Virus record (IMG/VR): IMGVR_UViG_3300032046_000013
Coordinates: 22,228-86,227 of that record
Direction: 5' to 3' (one strand)
DNA length: 64,000 nucleotides
Origin: a virus
Below, piece after piece: positions 18,894-29,400 of this stretch (position 1 is its first letter; every line of letters begins with the position of its first letter). The notes under the pieces are model-generated. The model worked only from the letters and a program-made list of their open reading frames with translations. It searched no databases and was not told the origin of the DNA. Position numbers and translations under genes: made by a program.

Positions 18894-19227
18894 TCGGGAG
18901 ATCATTCAGGGTTACGAGGAGCGGAATCGCACACGGAGAGCCACGCAGGAACTCCGCGCTCAGGCCCGGGCGGCGGAGAAAGAACGGAGAGAACGGACGG
19001 ACCAGAAACTGGGCCTCCGGGAACTGGCGCGGAAGATCAATCCCGACATTTACATCCCCTATCGGAGAATCCTGGAACAGGACGGGTATCTGACGGAGGA
19101 AACCGTGCGGAAGGTCGTGGCCCGAAAGACCCAGATCGAGTCGCGGATGGCGACTCTCGCGGAGGAACTGATTCAGATTCAGCGGGTGCGGGTGAAGTTC
19201 CCGCAGAAATTTGAGGTCAAGCCATGA
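18886..19227 (+). CDS. hypothetical coiled-coil/HTH-like protein
   Basis: AAGGA RBS, LGLRELARKI segment, coupled to neighbours. Confidence 0.5.
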   Translation: MADREIIQGYEERNRTRRATQELRAQARAAEKERRERTDQKLGLRELARKINPDIYIPYRRILEQDGYLTEETVRKVVARKTQIESRMATLAEELIQIQRVRVKFPQKFEVKP

Positions 19228-19469
19228 AAATTTGCAGTGCGTATCTAGTTCACATCCACCGTTACGGATTCCGGGCTGGAACACCCGGAGAGATCGTCGG
19301 AGTCAAAATCGTGTCCCCAGATGTATGTAACCGCAATCCGCACCCGGCCTATGTCGTGCGGTTTCCCGATGGGATCGAGGACTTCGTGGCCGTCGAGGAC
19401 TCCGAGAACTTCCGTATCATATCTGGTGAGGACGTGGTGGCGGGTCGGATTCCCGAAGTGACGCGGTGA
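19224..19469 (+). CDS. hypothetical SH3-like protein
   Basis: HRYGFRAGTPGEIVGV...YVVRFPDGIEDFV with an ATGA overlap. Confidence 0.55.
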   Translation: MKICSAYLVHIHRYGFRAGTPGEIVGVKIVSPDVCNRNPHPAYVVRFPDGIEDFVAVEDSENFRIISGEDVVAGRIPEVTR

Positions 19470-19672
19470 GGTGTAAAATGTCGAAACCCCTGATGGACCT
19501 GGACTTGATCGACACCGAAACCCAGCCATCGGCCCATCGCTATTACCGGGAAGACCGAACTTTTATCCAAATCCGCTTCGAGGACGGAAACGATGCGTGT
19601 GCAGTGGTGATCCGGCTCGAAAAAGAGCAAGCCATGGCACTTGCCAGGGAATTGAAAGAAGTTGTGGACTAA
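19466..19672 (+). CDS. hypothetical protein
   Basis: ORF coupled to the upstream gene. ATG 19478 is an alternative start. Confidence 0.45.
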   Translation: MRCKMSKPLMDLDLIDTETQPSAHRYYREDRTFIQIRFEDGNDACAVVIRLEKEQAMALARELKEVVD

Positions 19673-19674
19673 GA

Positions 19675-19746
19675 GAGCGTAACCAGGGGACTTGAAAAGC
19701 TAGTCGCTATCCGCAGGTTGCAGGTTCGAGTCCTGATGGGCGCACA
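19675..19746 (+). tRNA. degenerate tRNA-like sequence (pseudo-tRNA?)
   Basis: Clean T-arm CAGG-TTCGAGT-CCTG. The acceptor stem pairs only partly, and D and anticodon arms are not convincing. Confidence 0.3.
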
Positions 19747-19761
19747 TCAAGGAAGTTCCGA

Positions 19762-19965
19762 ATGAAGAAACTTTATGCAGTCAAACATTTCCGTTCCGCG
19801 ACGCTGAAGATCATCGAGCAGGCAAATCAGATCATCGCCGAGTATCATGCGCAGGGATTTGAGTTGAAACTACGGCAACTGTATTATCAACATGTGGCTA
19901 GGGGCTTCATCCCCAACACTGACGCGGAATACGGCAAGTTGGGATCGGTCATCAACGATGCGCGG
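19762..19965 (+). pseudogene. N-terminal remnant of a topoisomerase VI-A/TOPRIM-like phage protein
   Basis: LKLRQLYYQ...IPNT..EYGKLGSVINDAR, after which similarity stops abruptly before the methyltransferase. Confidence 0.6.
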
Positions 19966-20020
19966 TGCTTTGCAGTGAGCTCCGCTCCCTTTCCACAAAG
20001 AACTGGAAGGAGATTCACGC

Positions 20021-20698
20021 ATGACTGCTGGCAGAACGGTTAATTCACTGAGTCAGGATTGGGGAACACCCAAGAAATATGTTGATGCGGTGCGTCGGGT
20101 TTTCGGAGGTGAAATTTATCTTGATCCATGCGCCAACCACTACGCCATCGTTAATGCCAAAAATGAATATCGTCTTCCGGAACACAATGGGCTAAGGGAG
20201 TCTTGGAAATTTCCAACGATTTATGTCAATCCTCCTTATGGAGCGGACCGGCAAAGAGGCACTACGATCAAGCACTGGCTGCACAGATGCGCCGAGGCGC
20301 ATAAAAAGTATGGATCAGAGGTTTTGGCACTGGTACCGGTTGCCACCAATACTGGTCATTGGAAAAATTACATATGGGGCAGAGCGACTGGCGTTTGTTT
20401 TTTGTATGACACGCGACTCCGATTTCTTGTGAATGGAAAAGACGAAGGAAAAGGCGCCCCAATGGCCTGTGCCATGGTCTATTGGGGTAAGAATTATGAA
20501 AAATTCATGGAGGTTTTTCTGGAGTTTGGATCTGTGATTGATCTACGAACACTTCAAGGAAAGAAAATTGGACAGAAGGATCGCTCTGCGGCTAGCCTTG
20601 AACATGGATCAGGTAAAAAAATTCAGCCCGCCACCGAACCCAGCGAAACTCACGGATTCCCGATACCAGGGTTACATGGAAAAATATGGAGTAGATAG
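20021..20698 (+). CDS. phage DNA N6-adenine methyltransferase
   Basis: Has DWGTP, LDPCA, YVNPPYG, LVPVATNTGHW and RLRF. GC is lower than in the flanks. Confidence 0.85.
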   Translation: MTAGRTVNSLSQDWGTPKKYVDAVRRVFGGEIYLDPCANHYAIVNAKNEYRLPEHNGLRESWKFPTIYVNPPYGADRQRGTTIKHWLHRCAEAHKKYGSEVLALVPVATNTGHWKNYIWGRATGVCFLYDTRLRFLVNGKDEGKGAPMACAMVYWGKNYEKFMEVFLEFGSVIDLRTLQGKKIGQKDRSAASLEHGSGKKIQPATEPSETHGFPIPGLHGKIWSR

Positions 20699-20864
20699 TT
20701 GGGAACTCGATGCGCTGGAACCCCGGATTTTGGCCGACTTGATAAATGACGAGATTGAAGACCTGCATAATGAGCAAGTGTGGGAGGCTGCGATCTCGAA
20801 AGAAACGGGCTATCGGAAGGAACTGCACAATGCGGCCCGGATACTGGCCAAGAGGAGTAAGTAA
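20590..20864 (+). pseudogene. C-terminal remnant of the same TOPRIM-like protein
   Basis: RLALNMDQV...PPNPAKLTDSR...SWELDALEP. The central TOPRIM core is missing. Confidence 0.6.
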
Positions 20865-20865
20865 T

Positions 20866-21756
20866 ATGTCCTCGGTGATCCAAAAGTTATGCGCTGACCA
20901 ACTGGTGACTCCCCCGGCTTTCGTAGCGACCGCGACTCAGTATGAGGTCGTGACGGGTTCCGTCGCTTATGGTATGGCGGACGAATCCTCGGATTGGGAC
21001 ATCTATGGATTTTGTATCCCATTCAAGGAAATGATCTTTCCCCACTTGCGGGGCGAAATACTGGGCTTCGGTCATCAGATTCAGCGGTTCGAGCAATGGC
21101 AAAAGCATCGTGTGGAGACCCCGAAGCACCAGTATGATCTCCAAATCTATTCCATCATCAAATACTTCCAGTTGTGCATGGAGAACAATCCAAACATGAT
21201 CGACACTCTGTTTGTGCCACAGCGGTGCATCCTCCACTCGACCAAGATCGGGAACATGGTGCGGGAGGCTCGGCGGTCATTCCTTCATCGCGGGTGCTGG
21301 CACAAATTCCGGGGCTACGCTTTTTCCCAGTTGCACAAGGCTCAGCAACAGGAGAGGGAAGGCAAGCGCAAGGACGACATTGAGCAATTCGGGTGGGATC
21401 GGAAATTTCTAAGCCATGTAGTTCGACTAATCAATGAGGTTGAACAGATTCTGGCCGAGGGCGATCTGGACTTGGAGCGGAACCGCCAGATGGTTGCCGC
21501 CGTCCGATCCGGGGAATGGTCCCTGACCCAAGTTCAAGAATGGTTTAATGTTAAGGAAAAAACAACGGAAGAACTATACGCTCAATCGAAGTTGCCCTGG
21601 GGACCGCCCGAAGATCAGATCAGGCAGTTATTGTTCGCCTGCCTAGAAGAACATTTCGGCTCCCTGGATCAGGTAATTGTCCAACAAGATCGAGCAATCT
21701 CGGCCTTGCGAAAAATCGAAAACATCGCGCAGGAAACCCTGAGAATCCGAGAATAG
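20866..21756 (+). CDS. Pol-beta-superfamily nucleotidyltransferase (RlaP/Nuc-transf-like)
   Basis: Has GSVAYG...SDWDIYG, NNPNMIDTLF, FRGYAFSQL and KFLSHVVRL. AGGAG RBS before ATG 20866. Confidence 0.8.
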   Translation: MSSVIQKLCADQLVTPPAFVATATQYEVVTGSVAYGMADESSDWDIYGFCIPFKEMIFPHLRGEILGFGHQIQRFEQWQKHRVETPKHQYDLQIYSIIKYFQLCMENNPNMIDTLFVPQRCILHSTKIGNMVREARRSFLHRGCWHKFRGYAFSQLHKAQQQEREGKRKDDIEQFGWDRKFLSHVVRLINEVEQILAEGDLDLERNRQMVAAVRSGEWSLTQVQEWFNVKEKTTEELYAQSKLPWGPPEDQIRQLLFACLEEHFGSLDQVIVQQDRAISALRKIENIAQETLRIRE

Positions 21757-21760
21757 AAAG

Positions 21761-21814
21761 CGGGGCCGGGATTTGGAGATTTGGATTTGGTAGGATTAAA
21801 TGTTCCCGGCCCCG
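21761..21814. terminator. inverted repeat between convergent genes (bidirectional terminator candidate)
   Basis: CGGGGCCGGGA ... TCCCGGCCCCG, an 11-bp stem between the stops at 21756 (+) and 21818 (-). Confidence 0.6.
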
Positions 21815-21817
21815 AAA

Positions 21818-22885
21818 TCATTTCCACTCAGGCAGTGTGTAATCCCGAATCTGCGTTTCCTCCGCATGGCCCATAAGTTTTTGAAGTTCTCGAATACACC
21901 CGCCGATGACTTCCCGAAGCACATCCGCATCTTCGCTTTGAGTTTGGGCGAACAACTCCCCTACCGCGTCTTCCAGTAAGTCCAGATACCCTTCTTCATC
22001 CATCTGGGAGATTTGCCTGATTTGCAGTATCTCAGCCCGGGCTTGGACATCGCCCTGGGGATCGATCTCGGGCAGAGGTTCGGCTGGAACTTCTTTGATC
22101 AGCGCGGCTTCCATATCCCGGACTCCCTGGCTCATCATTACAGCCTGGTCCGTTCCCAGGACCTCGAAGCCTGGACACCGTTCATCCTCAAATAGCAGGT
22201 CATTTTCCTGGAACCTGTTCAGGAAGTCCCTAACATCCGCATCATCAGCCGAGAGACATCCGATCTTGCCTGATGGCGCATAATCCGCGTTCTTGCAATT
22301 TGAACAGTAGGAAGGCAGTTCAGACCCCGTATAATACTGATCCAATTCGTCCACGATAAGCATGGCTTGGAGACGTCCGCCAAGACGCTGATACACGTCC
22401 AGGGCTGAGCCAGACCCCCGGAAGGCCACCCTACGGCAGGCTTCGACCCACAGAGGTAGATTCTGGACGACCTCGGGCAGGCCGTAGAGCACCAGACCAG
22501 CGGCCACGGACTTCACGTGGTCAGGATATGCCATCCCGGTTTTGAGCGTATCATTGCGGATCGCCTCCATCACGGCCTCCCATCCAGGAAAAGGTGGAAA
22601 ACTCCGGTCATCAAGATACAAATTAGCGAACAGCTTGGGATCACCGAAGTTGACTAGCGAATTCTCGTTGATCTCATCGTAGGCATACCCACCCTCGTCC
22701 AGGAACTTCCGTGCCTGCTCCAATCGTTCTCCGCTCCGGCACGTCCAGATGATGATGTGCCATCCCGCGTCTCTCAGGGCTTGCAGACCCTCCTGGGCCA
22801 GAGGCAGAGGTTCCCCGATCTGCGGATACCGTTGTTCGACTATCGTGTTGTCGAAATCAACCGCAATTATCTTTGGCGTCGGCAT
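21818..22885 (-). CDS. HAD-superfamily hydrolase domain fused to acidic C-terminal modules
   Basis: IIAVDFDNTIV (DxD), IIIWTCR and KLFANLYLDDR. Confidence 0.75.
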   Translation of the reverse strand: MPTPKIIAVDFDNTIVEQRYPQIGEPLPLAQEGLQALRDAGWHIIIWTCRSGERLEQARKFLDEGGYAYDEINENSLVNFGDPKLFANLYLDDRSFPPFPGWEAVMEAIRNDTLKTGMAYPDHVKSVAAGLVLYGLPEVVQNLPLWVEACRRVAFRGSGSALDVYQRLGGRLQAMLIVDELDQYYTGSELPSYCSNCKNADYAPSGKIGCLSADDADVRDFLNRFQENDLLFEDERCPGFEVLGTDQAVMMSQGVRDMEAALIKEVPAEPLPEIDPQGDVQARAEILQIRQISQMDEEGYLDLLEDAVGELFAQTQSEDADVLREVIGGCIRELQKLMGHAEETQIRDYTLPEWK

Positions 22886-23023
22886 CCTTCTCCACTTCCG
22901 GTTTCGGGGTCATCGTGGACCTCAACTTCGGTTGCCGACTCGCTTCTTTGGGCTGATTCGGCGTCGGAGGCACCACTTCTTTCACATCCTCGATCTTGCC
23001 ACGTCCGGTTTTGAACATCGCCA

Positions 23024-23323
23024 TCACCCTACTCCTTTCTCCGCTGGCGGTTGCACAATGTGAACCGCCGTTCGCCTGATCTCGCCCTGGATTTCGACCG
23101 GAATCTTTACCAGCTTGACAAATACCGTGGCCACGGATTTATTCACATCGGCGATCCACACGATTTTCTGGACATACCCAAGGGGTTTTCCATCAACCTC
23201 AATTTTCGTTCCCCGAGCCGTCCCATCGCTAATGATCTTCGCATGGCAATATGTTTCTGGCTCCTCTTTCCGCCCCGGAAGCGAGGAACTCTCGGGCACT
23301 TTCTCGACTTGTATTCTCGGCAT
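23024..23323 (-). CDS. hypothetical protein
   Basis: MPRIQVEK start right after the portal stop. It contains KIISDGT..GTKIEVDGKPLGYVQKIVW. Confidence 0.5.
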   Translation of the reverse strand: MPRIQVEKVPESSSLPGRKEEPETYCHAKIISDGTARGTKIEVDGKPLGYVQKIVWIADVNKSVATVFVKLVKIPVEIQGEIRRTAVHIVQPPAEKGVG

Positions 23324-23324
23324 C

Positions 23325-26060
23325 TCACCCCTCCTCAGTGGCCTCAGCCACACCTTCCTCGGGAGCCGGAGCGATCTCCGTCCCGCCGCCCGGGGGAGCC
23401 ACAGCCCCACTGGGAGTCGCACCCCCAGGCACTGTCCCTGTCTCCTCGGCCTTGGCCGTTCTCGCAGCTTTATACACTGGGTCAAACGGGGTGCCTTCCT
23501 CTTCCTTAAAATGCTTTTTCACCGTATTGTAATCCAAGTCCAGGATTTCACAGATAGTCCTCATCGGCAAATCCGGGCTGGTTCCCTGACGAAGCTGGAC
23601 CAGAAACTGAATTCTCTGGCTTTCATTCGTCAGGTCTAGCTTGAAATTCCACTCGATGTCGGGAACAATGACTTTCCGATCCTTCTTGGGTCGACGAATC
23701 CGATGCGATAACTCGGCTGGCGTCGTTTCGTAAAAGCCATGATGCCGGGCCAGGGGTTCAAAAATCTTTTTGACCATCAACCGTCGCAGGTTTTCCCGCT
23801 TGGTCTGATATCTTCCCTGAATCACTTTCATCGCCACCACGGCCCCGGCCTGAATCGCTGGACCTTCGCCCGAGGTCATGGCTTTGTTAGTATAGAGGCC
23901 AGTGAGTATCCTCGACTCCACCCATTCAAATTCGGGTATGACGGGCAATAGGTGGCCCGTATATCCGATGAGGTCCAAATTGACCGCCGCATGGGTCACG
24001 ATCTGGAACAACGGATCGTGTGCTCCAGCTTCGAGCATAGCCCGGAAAGTCAGCAATTCCTGGGAGGTCGGCATGTATCCGCTCGCCGCATCCCCGAGTT
24101 TCCATAGCTGGATGGGCGTGATATGGTGGTCAGCTATGGCGTATTGCACTTCCCGAAGTTTGTCCTCGTAAAGAAGGTCTTTCAAACAATTAGCTACTTT
24201 TTTTCCACCCGCCACAAATGTATGATTCGGAGCATCTACGGTAATGCAATGGGTTTCTCCATGATACTCCCTGGATTGAACTTTCTTGACTCTGGTAAAT
24301 AAATATCCGTCCCGGACATAATTTTCAAAACTGAATCGCTTGGTAGGACTTCTCCTGAATCGCACCGAATAAATAACCCTTCCTTTGTTATTTCTTGTAA
24401 TGGTTTCGACTTTGCATGGATAGTCATTTCTGTGCTTTTGCAAGGATGACCAAATACCGAGCCTCAATAACAGAAACTGCAATTGGTGGGCTAGAGTCAG
24501 ATTGGCAGTTGAAATGCGCTCTGTTCCCTCGGGAACCTGATGTCCGTCCGCATCAAACCATCCTTGGATAAACTGCTCCAATTGGGCACGAGGAAGGTTT
24601 ATGATTTCCTGACTCAGGCGTTTGGTTTTACAGGTTAATCCGCCCAATAGTTCTTCATATCTGATCCTTAACTTGTGATTACAAAAAGATACCCTCCAAT
24701 AGTTCGGCTGTTGCAAAACCCGGTAATGCACTCCCTGGCTATCGAGATAACTCTTAATCCGGGATTGAACATTCATGCCTACCCCAGAAGTGCAACCACA
24801 GAAGTTCATTTCCCATCGACCCATTCGGGAACCATCACCAAGAAAATATCCCAATATCCAGGGATCGACTTCAATCGGTTTTTCCTCTACGACTGGAAGG
24901 GGCGTAAGCATATAATCCCATTTTTGTAGATCACCAGCTGGAATTTCCTCTATCTTGCCACCGAATCTTTTGCATGTCGGGGGATCGCAAGTATAATGTT
25001 CTGGGGTCCGGGACGCACCACAATGACTGCCATTGCTATACATGTGTGGACAAGTTTTCATCCGCCCCCGAGTTGGCCTCATGGCAAAAAACTTATGGTC
25101 ATTCGTAGCCTCGATTTTGCTCCCCAGTGAATCTTCAATAGTGATGATCTTTTCTGGATTACTGTTCTTATGAACTGCTACCACATTGGTCAGTTTTCCG
25201 TCTCCATCCAACACAACATCACCGATCATTATGTCTTTGATCGGCTTTCGTGCTCCATCGGCTAACCAAACCATGGTATCGGGTGTAAAGCATCGAAGCA
25301 AGATAGAGGTTCCCCGGGTATCGTAGGGTGACCCCCTGCGGATCAGGCTCAGCACGTTGAACTCCGACAAGGGAATCCGATCATTGTTATAGATCGCGTC
25401 CAGAACCACGGGGTCCATGTTCTGTAGTGCTTCCTGAACCCGCTCGGATTGGCTATGAACCACTTTCTTTAATTCCTGTTCCGGTTCATAGGAATAAATC
25501 ATTTCCCGCTTGCCAGCCCAGTTGATCATCTGAATGTCCAGCAGGTCGGGATTCAACATCCGGCCCTCATCCCACATTCCGTCATCTTCATCGAAGGGGA
25601 AGAACTCCGAAGCCTCGCCGATCAATTCATATTCTCTCGATGTTTCAAAGCAGTAACCTACGAGATTCGCCCGCTCCTTCTGCTGTTCGTAGAAATCCAG
25701 AATCTCGTCATCCTCAATCTCGGTCAGCCGGAAGTCCGAGATCGGGAACTCCCCGTGCATGTCAATCGCGTTTCCGATCATCGGCTGGAAGCGGTCATAA
25801 TATCGAATCCACTGATTCAGGGTCCGCCGGTCATACGGGAGATAAAAGTTGACGAGATTGAGCAGGGGTGACCGAATTTCCGGGCTGGAATAAGTTACAT
25901 TCGTCGATCCGCTTTTGCCTATTGTTCCACCCGCATGAACTATCAATGGTCCAGGTAATGGCTCTCTTTCAGCCCGAACAGAACCCACTGATCCCTGTTT
26001 TGCCATCCGAAATTCCCGATCCAGATTATCAGTGATGATTGCCATCTGATTTTTTCTCAC
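23325..26060 (-). CDS. portal protein containing an intein
   Basis: Has WIRYYDRF.PMIGNAIDMHGEFP, SPYDTRGTSILLR|CLKDLLYEDKL, PIQLWKLG and LPMRTICEILDLDY. It lies between terminase and head genes. Confidence 0.8.
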   Translation of the reverse strand: MRKNQMAIITDNLDREFRMAKQGSVGSVRAEREPLPGPLIVHAGGTIGKSGSTNVTYSSPEIRSPLLNLVNFYLPYDRRTLNQWIRYYDRFQPMIGNAIDMHGEFPISDFRLTEIEDDEILDFYEQQKERANLVGYCFETSREYELIGEASEFFPFDEDDGMWDEGRMLNPDLLDIQMINWAGKREMIYSYEPEQELKKVVHSQSERVQEALQNMDPVVLDAIYNNDRIPLSEFNVLSLIRRGSPYDTRGTSILLRCFTPDTMVWLADGARKPIKDIMIGDVVLDGDGKLTNVVAVHKNSNPEKIITIEDSLGSKIEATNDHKFFAMRPTRGRMKTCPHMYSNGSHCGASRTPEHYTCDPPTCKRFGGKIEEIPAGDLQKWDYMLTPLPVVEEKPIEVDPWILGYFLGDGSRMGRWEMNFCGCTSGVGMNVQSRIKSYLDSQGVHYRVLQQPNYWRVSFCNHKLRIRYEELLGGLTCKTKRLSQEIINLPRAQLEQFIQGWFDADGHQVPEGTERISTANLTLAHQLQFLLLRLGIWSSLQKHRNDYPCKVETITRNNKGRVIYSVRFRRSPTKRFSFENYVRDGYLFTRVKKVQSREYHGETHCITVDAPNHTFVAGGKKVANCLKDLLYEDKLREVQYAIADHHITPIQLWKLGDAASGYMPTSQELLTFRAMLEAGAHDPLFQIVTHAAVNLDLIGYTGHLLPVIPEFEWVESRILTGLYTNKAMTSGEGPAIQAGAVVAMKVIQGRYQTKRENLRRLMVKKIFEPLARHHGFYETTPAELSHRIRRPKKDRKVIVPDIEWNFKLDLTNESQRIQFLVQLRQGTSPDLPMRTICEILDLDYNTVKKHFKEEEGTPFDPVYKAARTAKAEETGTVPGGATPSGAVAPPGGGTEIAPAPEEGVAEATEEG
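24189..25292 (-). mobile_element. intein (368 aa) with LAGLIDADG homing endonuclease
   Basis: N-terminus CFTPDTMVWLADG, block B ATNDHKF, LAGLIDADG motifs ILGYFLGDGS and FIQGWFDADG, and C-terminus HTFVAGGKKVAN followed by C+1. GC is low. Confidence 0.9.
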
Positions 26061-26398
26061 CCACTAAAAGACAGTCTTGCTGGTGATCTGCGCCGACCTG
26101 GACTTAGTTTTTCCCGCACGTTCATGTAAGCATACAAGGCAGGCATTGTCAATTCCTCGGCCTCGCCATTGGCTTTCAAGAAGGTCTGAGGCGGATGCGG
26201 ATTGCCAGCCACCACGGGAATCTCAAATTGGATCGTCCGTTCCCTCCGGTGCGCTGGAGCCACTACCCGGGTCGTCATCAGTATCTGGCCCTGAATCATC
26301 GTGCCCTCGGGTCCCACGATCTGGGGCACGATCCGAGAGCATCGCATGTGCCGGAACGCCAGACCACCGCCCAGTTGTTTCAGGCTCTGGCGAATCAC
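26057..26398 (-). CDS. hypothetical protein
   Basis: ORF whose stop overlaps the portal start. Confidence 0.5.
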   Translation of the reverse strand: MIRQSLKQLGGGLAFRHMRCSRIVPQIVGPEGTMIQGQILMTTRVVAPAHRRERTIQFEIPVVAGNPHPPQTFLKANGEAEELTMPALYAYMNVREKLSPGRRRSPARLSFSG

Positions 26399-26499
26399 GT
26401 CCGCGACTCTGGACAGGAGTTCCGATTTCTTGGCCAGAAGCCGGGGCCGGGCCTCACGGAGTCTCTCAACAGATTGCCAAGCTAGGGATTCTCGATCCT

Positions 26500-29400
26500 C
26501 TACTGGGTAAAACGCGCAGACTGTTTGACCTTACCTTTTGGAGTCTGGGGCTTGCCACTCTGCTCCCATACTTCTTTGGCGATCTGATAGACTTCGATGC
26601 CTTGCTTGGATAGACCCTGGAAAAGTCCTTCATGGAACTGCTCCATCAGATCGTAATACCGATCTAGCTGTTCCTCGAAGCCTTCCTCGCCCGCCACAAG
26701 GTCTCCAGCCAAGTCCATGACCTGCTGACTGTAAGTATCGAGATCGGCATTGCGGCCCAGATATTCCAGCCACGCCTGCACGAGGTCTTCGGAATGGTTG
26801 GCATATCGCAGTTGGCCAGTCATTTCTTCCCGAACCTGATCGGCGGAAACGGCTATGCCAGCTTCGGCGGCTTGGACACCCACATCGTAGGCCCCGCCAC
26901 CAGCCCCGATTTTCCGCCTTGATGTTTTCTCCGGGGCCTGGGGTTTCCTTGGAGTCTTTCCCTTTGGACGCTCGGGCACCAGTTGGCGAGCCAATTTCCA
27001 AACATTGATCCCGCGTTCGCCTAATCCCGCGTCCACGCCTTCCCAAAAACCTTCTGAGATTTCCAGGTGATCCTCCACCATATCTTCGCCTTCGCCTTCG
27101 GATTGCTCTACAACCTTCCGCAGATGCGACGCAAATTGGTCCGTGCTCTCCCATGATTGTTGCCAGTGTTGAACCAAGCTCTCCGCGTCATCGCCCGGCC
27201 CCATCTTATCCAAGTCCTGCTCCATCTGCTTAAGGATGTCGTCGGCAGATTCAAACATCCAGGCATCTTGAGCCGCATGAAGACCGGCCTGATATGCGAG
27301 ATTCCGAATATCCGGAGTGCCCCCGACTTTCCGCCTTGATGTTTTCTCCGGGGCCTGGGGTTCGCCTTCGGTGTCGGGTTCGACAGCGAAGAAATTGAGC
27401 GTGACATCAAGCAGTTGCTGGCCGATTCCCGAAACGCCTTCTTTTAATTTCCCCTCATCCGCATAGGCACCCAAGTCATACGGGGGCATCGCGCCGAATC
27501 TCAGTGGCTCACCGATACCTTCTTCGCTTGATTCGATTATGGCATTGTAAAGCGGGGACTCAGGCGTAGCATCGAAACTCCCGCTCAAGTCTCCATCATG
27601 ATCATGACCTTCATTTTGCGCCCAGTTCACAACGGTTTTCAGCCATGCTTCGGTGTTTTCCTCCAATAGGGCGACATCCTGATTCAATTGGTCCCAAGCC
27701 GCGTCGTCGAGAGTGATCCCCCGTTCCTCGGCGTTCTGCTCGATCTCAAATTGATCCGTGGTGCTGATCGAGAATCCACCTTTGATCGGCCCCTGGTAGT
27801 CGTCTGGGAGAGTGGCGGTCTTGCGCTGGCCCATTTTTTCTAATTCATTCCAGTCGCTTTCGCTACTGAGATATTCCTCTCGCTCTTGGTCTTCATCCCA
27901 CTCGATTACCACGCCTTCGATGCCATTGTAGGGTGGGTTGACCTCGATAACTCTCCCGATTCGACCTGACTGATCTTTCACTTCATCTCCAAGCCTGAAT
28001 GGATTCACGGCAGTCTTGCGCTGGCCTTCCACTTCATTTCCGCCACCCGAGTAGGTATCAATGGAATCCCGGACTTCCTGGATTTCCTGCGCGACTTCGC
28101 CCGTCGCTTCCGCCGCCACGGAGTTCACGAGGTTCTCCACCATTTCCAGTTCATCCGGTTCAAAGCCCCGCAAGTCCTCGCCATCGAGGATGCGCTGGAT
28201 ATTCTGGATCACATCGGTCTGGCCCCGGTCGGATTTTTGGGTCAACAGCGTCGCCAGTGGCCCGAACTTGGCCCCGACCTTGCGCCGACCTTCCTTGCGC
28301 GGCTTGACCTCGCCCCCGCCTTTCAGGTCTGGCGACTTCATCGTCCGGTCATCCACCAGATTCTTCTCCGGGTCCTGACCCCTCCGCTTGTATTCTTCTC
28401 TGAGCAGATTCAGTTCCCCCTGTTCGGTAATGGTCAGGGACTTCGCGGCTTCCCTCTGTTCGAGCCGTCCGATTGACTGAGCCAAGACTTTCGAGGGAAT
28501 GCTCTGGAAGTGCTTGGTGTAATGGTCGGCCTCCTTTTTCGTCGGTATGATCTCGGCCAGCACCTGATCCCGGAACAGGTCCTCCGCTGTGTCGCGCAGG
28601 GTAATGCCCGTGACGTGGGTTGAGGCGGCCCGGAACAGGCCCCCGATGCCCTGGGTGGCCATAATGCCTTCGGGCGTCTGGTCCCCGCGTTTGAGGGCTT
28701 CCCGAAGGTATTCCATGTCCCCCCGGCGTTCCCGTTCCAGGGCTTGCCAGACCTGATGGGCGTTTTTCTCGAAATACCGATCAAAGACTTGGCGATCCGA
28801 CTGCATGGCCTGGAGACGACGGCGCATCCCCTCGGCTTCGTGACCCGTGACTTCGGTGATGCGGATGGTAATATGACTCAAGGTTCCACCTTCGCCAGAA
28901 TTATCCGCCATACCCAAGGCTCCACCTTCGGCTATCGCAACCTGGTTTCCTGACTGATCTGAGATTCCGAAATACAGGGAACTCGTGAAATTCACCCAAC
29001 CCTGATTCGGGTCCACTTCATCGACCTCGGTGTTGATTCCATCTGGGGCGAATTCCGCATGGTAAGTGCCTTGGCCGAACTCCCGATCCAGAATGAAGTT
29101 CACGTTCTCCTCGATCAGATCGTTACGACCCCGACTATCCTCAAACTCCGCATCGATGTCTTCCAGTTCAAACTCCGCACCGAGTCCGAGCGAGAAGTCG
29201 AAGCCTTCCTCCAACTTGGCCCCGTGCTTGCGCATCCCCATTTTTCCGCCCTCGACTTTCTCCAGATTGCCATCTCCGAGGTTAACCCCGATAGCCCCCA
29301 AGGCCCATGTTCCCTTCCGACCCGTTGGTTGCAGTTCCTCATCCAGATATTCAACCGTGGCCACGAAACTATCCCAGCGGGCTTCGGGAATATCAGCCCG

